Source of the DNA: Patescibacteria group bacterium
GTDB taxonomy: Bacteria > Patescibacteriota > Minisyncoccia > Moranbacterales > DUUL01
Assembly (NCBI GenBank): GCA_034658815.1
Contig: JAYEFY010000030.1
Coordinates: 3,337-67,336 of the forward strand
Direction: 5' to 3'
DNA length: 64,000 bases
The notes beneath the pieces are model-generated. The model made no database searches and was not told where the DNA came from. It saw only the letters and a list, made by a program, of their open reading frames with translations. This document shows positions 59,909-64,000 of the stretch, in pieces; position 1 is the stretch's first letter, and the number at the start of each line of letters is the position of its first letter. The position numbers and the translations under genes are program-made.

Positions 59909-61079
59909 CCAGGACAAAAAAGACATTTTGCTTTTCACTCGCCCATTGGCTCCGCCATGGGATGAGGCGTCAAAAAATCTGGCTTTTGATATTGCCTCAA
60001 ATGCGTCCGGACCGTTCAATTTTCGTGTTCTCACTACCACTGATTACGCGAAGCATCTTCGAAGCAAGCCGGCTGACAGTCGATTGGCGCGTATTATTCC
60101 TGAACCGCTATTCAATACCACGCGCTTTAGGAGATATGAAAAATTTTTATTGGTCTCGCGAATCTTCCGTCCGCGAATAGGCGCTCATATTATTCATTTT
60201 CTTTTCACTCCCCGAAAATTTACTTCAAATCTTATCCGTACAAGACTGTGGTTTTCAAAAGTAAGAACAGTTCAAACGATCGCGACAATTTCCGATTCAA
60301 TAATTAACAATCCTGAAAGGCTTCGTAACGTTTTGTTTGCCGATTCAATCGTGGCGCAATCACGGTATACCAAAACGAAACTGGAGAAATCCGGAATGTT
60401 AAATGTTAAAATGATCTACCCCGGCATCAATATGCAAAAATTTTCTCCGGCTCCAAAGAACACGCAGCTTATGCGGCAATTCGGCATACAGCACAATGAG
60501 TTTGCGATTCTCTTCGCCGGAGAATACACCAGACTGAAAGCCATTGACGGCATTATTGACGCTTTTCAACAAGTTCTGCTTGAAAAAGATCCCAGCGAGC
60601 ATTTTAAGTTAGTTCTTGCCTGTAGGATCAAATCTCCTCAAGACAAAATAAAGAAGAAAGAAGTTATTGAAAAAGCCAAAAAGCTGGCTTGTCATAAGAA
60701 CATCGTTTTTATTGATACATTTTCGGACATGCCGGTGTTGTACAATATATCTGACATCAATATTTTTCCCGTTCAGGAAATGACAGGAAAATTTGATATA
60801 CCGCTTGTTCTTGTTGAAGCCATGGCCTGTGGAAAACCGGTCATTGTTAGTGATATTCCCGTTCTTGAAGAATTTATAGAGCATGGGAAAACCGGTTTTA
60901 TTATTCCCAAAAAAAATCCAAAACAGTTGGCTCAAAATATTCTCGCACTTTCACGAAACAGAGAAAAAGCGCATGAAATTGCCGATAATGCTTTTTATTA
61001 CGCACGAAAATATTTTAATATCGTGAATACCGTCAAAGAATACGAGAATCTTTATAAAGGGCTGTTTCCTATAAAATAA
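59901..61079 (+). CDS. Family 4 glycosyltransferase
   Basis: PPWDE, IYPGIN, ILFAG, LVEAMACGKPVI.SD. Confidence 0.92.
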   Translation: MNNQDKKDILLFTRPLAPPWDEASKNLAFDIASNASGPFNFRVLTTTDYAKHLRSKPADSRLARIIPEPLFNTTRFRRYEKFLLVSRIFRPRIGAHIIHFLFTPRKFTSNLIRTRLWFSKVRTVQTIATISDSIINNPERLRNVLFADSIVAQSRYTKTKLEKSGMLNVKMIYPGINMQKFSPAPKNTQLMRQFGIQHNEFAILFAGEYTRLKAIDGIIDAFQQVLLEKDPSEHFKLVLACRIKSPQDKIKKKEVIEKAKKLACHKNIVFIDTFSDMPVLYNISDINIFPVQEMTGKFDIPLVLVEAMACGKPVIVSDIPVLEEFIEHGKTGFIIPKKNPKQLAQNILALSRNREKAHEIADNAFYYARKYFNIVNTVKEYENLYKGLFPIK

Positions 61080-61096
61080 TTTAAAGAATAATTCCA

Positions 61097-62593
61097 ATGC
61101 TCAAAATCGATAAAATTTCCCAATACCAGCAGTGTATTAGGCCCCGTGGTTCGCAAAAAGTGCCTGTCCGGTTTTATGTATCGGAAGACTTGATGCCGAA
61201 CTATGAAACGATCAGCCAGCTTGTTGAAGTCGCGTCCAATAAGCATGTTTTTCACCATGTAGCGGCACTCACCGATATTCATCAAAAACCGGGAAGAAAA
61301 AATCCTTCCGGATCTGTTGTGGCGACAAAAAAATATTTTCTTCCCCAGCTTATAGATACCGCGCCCAATTGCGGAATGAGGCTTATCGCAACGCCTTTTG
61401 GCGAAGGAGACCTTTCTGAAAAACAACTGGATGATCTTTTCAATGAACTGGTTGAAGTGATCCCGACAAAAACATATGTTGGCCATGGATCTCCGGTTTC
61501 CTATAAGACAGCTGTTGAAATTTCACGCCGTGGCTCCGTGGCACTGCTTGAATCGTTAAAAGAAAACACCGAGGAGACTCAAAATATTATGATGAACGGC
61601 AGTATGTTCGAGGATGAGAAGATATCGAAAGAAGACCTTTACAGCGCGATTCCCCGAATGTTCTTCCGGATCGCCCAGTTTCGCCTGGGTATTTTGGGAA
61701 TGGCGGGAAATCATTTTCTTGATCTAATGAAAATTACCGATATCATTGATGAAGGTCTGGCTTCTGAGTTTAATTTAAAAAAGAACCAGTATGTTTTTAT
61801 GATGCATACCGGATCCGGACTTTTTGGGCAATATGCCAGTTATTTCTACACCCCCAAGCAAAAGGAACATCTGAGCCAAAAAGCTATTATGGAGATCTCC
61901 CGTTTCTTCTTCCTGAACAACGAGATCGGCTGGCATAGAACTCTTGAAACGGAAATACCGAAATACAAGAACAAAAAAGAATTTTTCGCGATTGACAGTG
62001 AATCCGAGCTGGGCAGAAATTATTTCATCGCGCACCGCGCGGCCGCCAATCATGGATTCGCGAACAGAACGATGTTGCAGCACAATATTAAAAAAGCCAT
62101 CAAAAAAGTATTGAAGAAAGATAATGCCACTCGCCTGATCTATGATATGTCTCATATACTCGCCACGAAGGAAAAACACTTCGGAGAAGATATTATTGTG
62201 CATCGCAATAACGCTACACGCGCCTTCGGATCGAAAAGAATGGAAGGAACGTCTTTTGAGAGAACGGGCGAACCTGTGTTCATGCCCTCGTCAATGAGCA
62301 CGGAAGCGTATTTTGGCGTTGGAACGGACGAAAATGAATCAACATTTTTTTCGGCCGCGCACGGTACCGGTAAATCAAAGACAAAAACATCAGAGGTGCC
62401 GCAAGATAAAAAAGAATTGCTTGAAAAAATGAAGAAAAGGCAAATTCGCCTTTATAATGCCCAGTCAAAAGAGGTGATCAATCAGGATGCCTCTTCTTAT
62501 AAGGATCCTGCCATCGCTATTGAAGGAATGAGAGTCAATAAAGTCATGAAGCCGGTGGCAAAGATGATGCCTGTCGCGGTTTTAATGGCGTAA
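61097..62593 (+). CDS. RtcB-family protein (divergent)
   Basis: DIH, NCGMR, GNHF, HTGS, YD.SH, VHR..ATRAF, P.SM, S.AHG.G, SYKD. Confidence 0.88.
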   Translation: MLKIDKISQYQQCIRPRGSQKVPVRFYVSEDLMPNYETISQLVEVASNKHVFHHVAALTDIHQKPGRKNPSGSVVATKKYFLPQLIDTAPNCGMRLIATPFGEGDLSEKQLDDLFNELVEVIPTKTYVGHGSPVSYKTAVEISRRGSVALLESLKENTEETQNIMMNGSMFEDEKISKEDLYSAIPRMFFRIAQFRLGILGMAGNHFLDLMKITDIIDEGLASEFNLKKNQYVFMMHTGSGLFGQYASYFYTPKQKEHLSQKAIMEISRFFFLNNEIGWHRTLETEIPKYKNKKEFFAIDSESELGRNYFIAHRAAANHGFANRTMLQHNIKKAIKKVLKKDNATRLIYDMSHILATKEKHFGEDIIVHRNNATRAFGSKRMEGTSFERTGEPVFMPSSMSTEAYFGVGTDENESTFFSAAHGTGKSKTKTSEVPQDKKELLEKMKKRQIRLYNAQSKEVINQDASSYKDPAIAIEGMRVNKVMKPVAKMMPVAVLMA

Positions 62594-62643
62594 ACGTGAA
62601 AATTTAATGTCAAGTATAAAAATATCTACTTAATTCTGAAGAA

Positions 62644-63333
62644 ATGAAACTTGTTTTAATTTCCGGACTGGATGGCTCAGGGAAATCAACTCAAATCGAA
62701 CTTTTGAAAAATTACTTGGAATCGCGGGGAAAGCGGGTTTTTTATTTTCACGCGGTAGAATTTTCCATTGGCAACGCTTATAAGATTTTCAGCAAAAAAC
62801 GCCGAAAACTGAAAACAGCTGATAAGAAAGCTCCAAGTATCACGAAAGAAAATCAACTGCAGATCCAACTCCGAAAAATCGCTCTGCGGATTGATATTTG
62901 GAGATTTAAAAGGTTAATGAAAAAGTTGGAAAAACAAGGTTATGATTACATTTTAAGCGACCGTTTTTTTTACGACAGCGCAATAAACATTGAATATTTG
63001 TCAAATCTCTCTCCCTTTAGAAAAGGGAGAGTTGGAGAGGGATTTTTAAACCGAGCAAGAAATATTAAATCCCCCTTAATCCCTATTTTCCAAAGAGGGA
63101 AACCGAAGATTCAAAATTCACTGTCCGTTTATCTCCAAACCTCTCCCCGAAACATAATGAACCGCGACCATGTCCCCGACCAAGGGCTGGAATATCTTGA
63201 AAAGAAAAAAGAGCTGTACGACGCTAAAACTAAAGTCTGGAACTGGAAAATCATTGACGGCAATAGATCCAAAGAAGAAATTTTTGAGGAAATGAAGCTG
63301 GTGCTGGAGCGAATCTCTGATCCGGTTCGTTAG
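62644..63333 (+). CDS. Thymidylate-kinase-like P-loop kinase
   Basis: ISGLDGSGKSTQ, SDRFFYDS, IIDGNRSKEEIF. Confidence 0.8.
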   Translation: MKLVLISGLDGSGKSTQIELLKNYLESRGKRVFYFHAVEFSIGNAYKIFSKKRRKLKTADKKAPSITKENQLQIQLRKIALRIDIWRFKRLMKKLEKQGYDYILSDRFFYDSAINIEYLSNLSPFRKGRVGEGFLNRARNIKSPLIPIFQRGKPKIQNSLSVYLQTSPRNIMNRDHVPDQGLEYLEKKKELYDAKTKVWNWKIIDGNRSKEEIFEEMKLVLERISDPVR

Positions 63334-63420
63334 TTTCTAAATAAAGGATACGAGTTGCCCTTCAGTACGGCGGACAGGCAAACTCGGATCAGCGCGTGAA
63401 ATTTTTGAGGAGATAAAAGA

Positions 63421-63450
63421 AGCCACCAACCGGATTTCCGACTGGTGGCT
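63421..63450. terminator. Hairpin between convergent genes
   Basis: AGCCACCAACCGGA-TT-TCCGACTGGTGGCT. Confidence 0.55.
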
Positions 63451-63472
63451 AATTTAACACATTGAATGTTGT

Positions 63473-64000
63473 TCAATAATCAAAAAACGATAATTCTACC
63501 GCAGGCGGCCATAAGCGCCATTTTTTGATGACAGTCAGGCTTTTTACAGACTTTTCTGCTTTACCGGCGGCAACGCCGATGGCAGAAAATATATTCCCTC
63601 CCGCTTTACCGGTGGCAACGCCGATGATAGAAGCGATAATATCCTTTTCCGCTTTACCGGTGGCAACGCCGATGAAAGAAAATATATCCCCTCCCGCTTC
63701 ACCAGTGGCAACGCCGACGGCAGAAGCGATATTCTTTCCCGCTTTACCGATAGCAACGCCGATGAAAGAAAATATATTCCCTCCCGCTTTACCGGTGGCA
63801 ACGCCAATGACAGAAAATATATCTTCCCCTGCCCGAGTGCTAACTATCGATCCTATGGAATAGATGTTCTTTGCTTCGTTACAAAAGCTAATGAAGCAAA
63901 AAATATTGCCATTTGGAGCATTCCTCCCGATAAGAGATACTTTGCTGTCACCTATATTTATTACTATTATCAGTGATAATAGTAATAAAAGAAAAAGACA
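63473..64000 (-). CDS. Membrane-anchored protein with six 15-16-aa Gly-rich repeats (5' end outside window)
   Basis: Minus frame is open from base 64000 to TGA at 63473: hydrophobic helix, then repeats of consensus GNIFSFIGVATGKAG. Confidence 0.75.
   Translation of the reverse strand, partial: CLFLLLLLSLIIVINIGDSKVSLIGRNAPNGNIFCFISFCNEAKNIYSIGSIVSTRAGEDIFSVIGVATGKAGGNIFSFIGVAIGKAGKNIASAVGVATGEAGGDIFSFIGVATGKAEKDIIASIIGVATGKAGGNIFSAIGVAAGKAEKSVKSLTVIKKWRLWPPAVELSFFDY

Noticed and set aside
63545-63830. CRISPR array, and the + strand ORF 63525..63863 and - strand ORF 63544..63807
   Set aside because: The would-be spacers are similar to each other, the units are codon multiples, and no cas operon is present. 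A longer minus-strand frame with a TM helix explains the repeat, so the listed ORFs are shadows.
1-64000. Alternative genetic code (TGA=Gly) or prophage
   Set aside because: Conserved genes are full length in code 11 and several end in TGA (for example pyrH). No integrase, terminase or capsid motifs were seen.

Overview
Gene-dense, AT-rich bacterial chromosome segment using genetic code 11 (TGA is a stop). The gene set (archaeal-type UMP kinase, ADP-forming acetate-CoA ligase, DUF4012, tRNAs without encoded CCA, mostly SD-less leaders, many short intergenic palindromes) suggests a CPR/Patescibacteria (Parcubacteria-like) genome; this is inference. From left to right: three ATP-grasp ligases and a class A PBP; an acyltransferase/SAM-methyltransferase/7TM histidine kinase trio; tRNA-Lys; a core block (eno, gpmI, PfkB kinase, acetate-CoA ligase, receiver protein, recJ, tRNA-Glu, polyprenyl synthase, uppS, trxA, trxB, malic enzyme, rplI, pyrG, rpmA); an islet with a Clp-fold protease plus PIN-like protein and decayed restriction-modification genes; pyrH and permeases. 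Gene orientation then switches from + to - next to a dif-like site at 34.6 kb. After that come gltX, cell-envelope and rhamnose genes interrupted by a lone fabB, a frameshifted beta-barrel-like gene, and a surface-glycan locus ending in a divergent RtcB and a TMP-kinase-like gene. The best candidates for an undescribed system are the glycan-locus RtcB/kinase pair and the SDH-type protease/PIN pair. At least two MITE-like families and REP-like palindromes are present; one interrupts a signal-peptidase gene and one is translated in frame. All assignments come from motif reading by eye, with no database searches.
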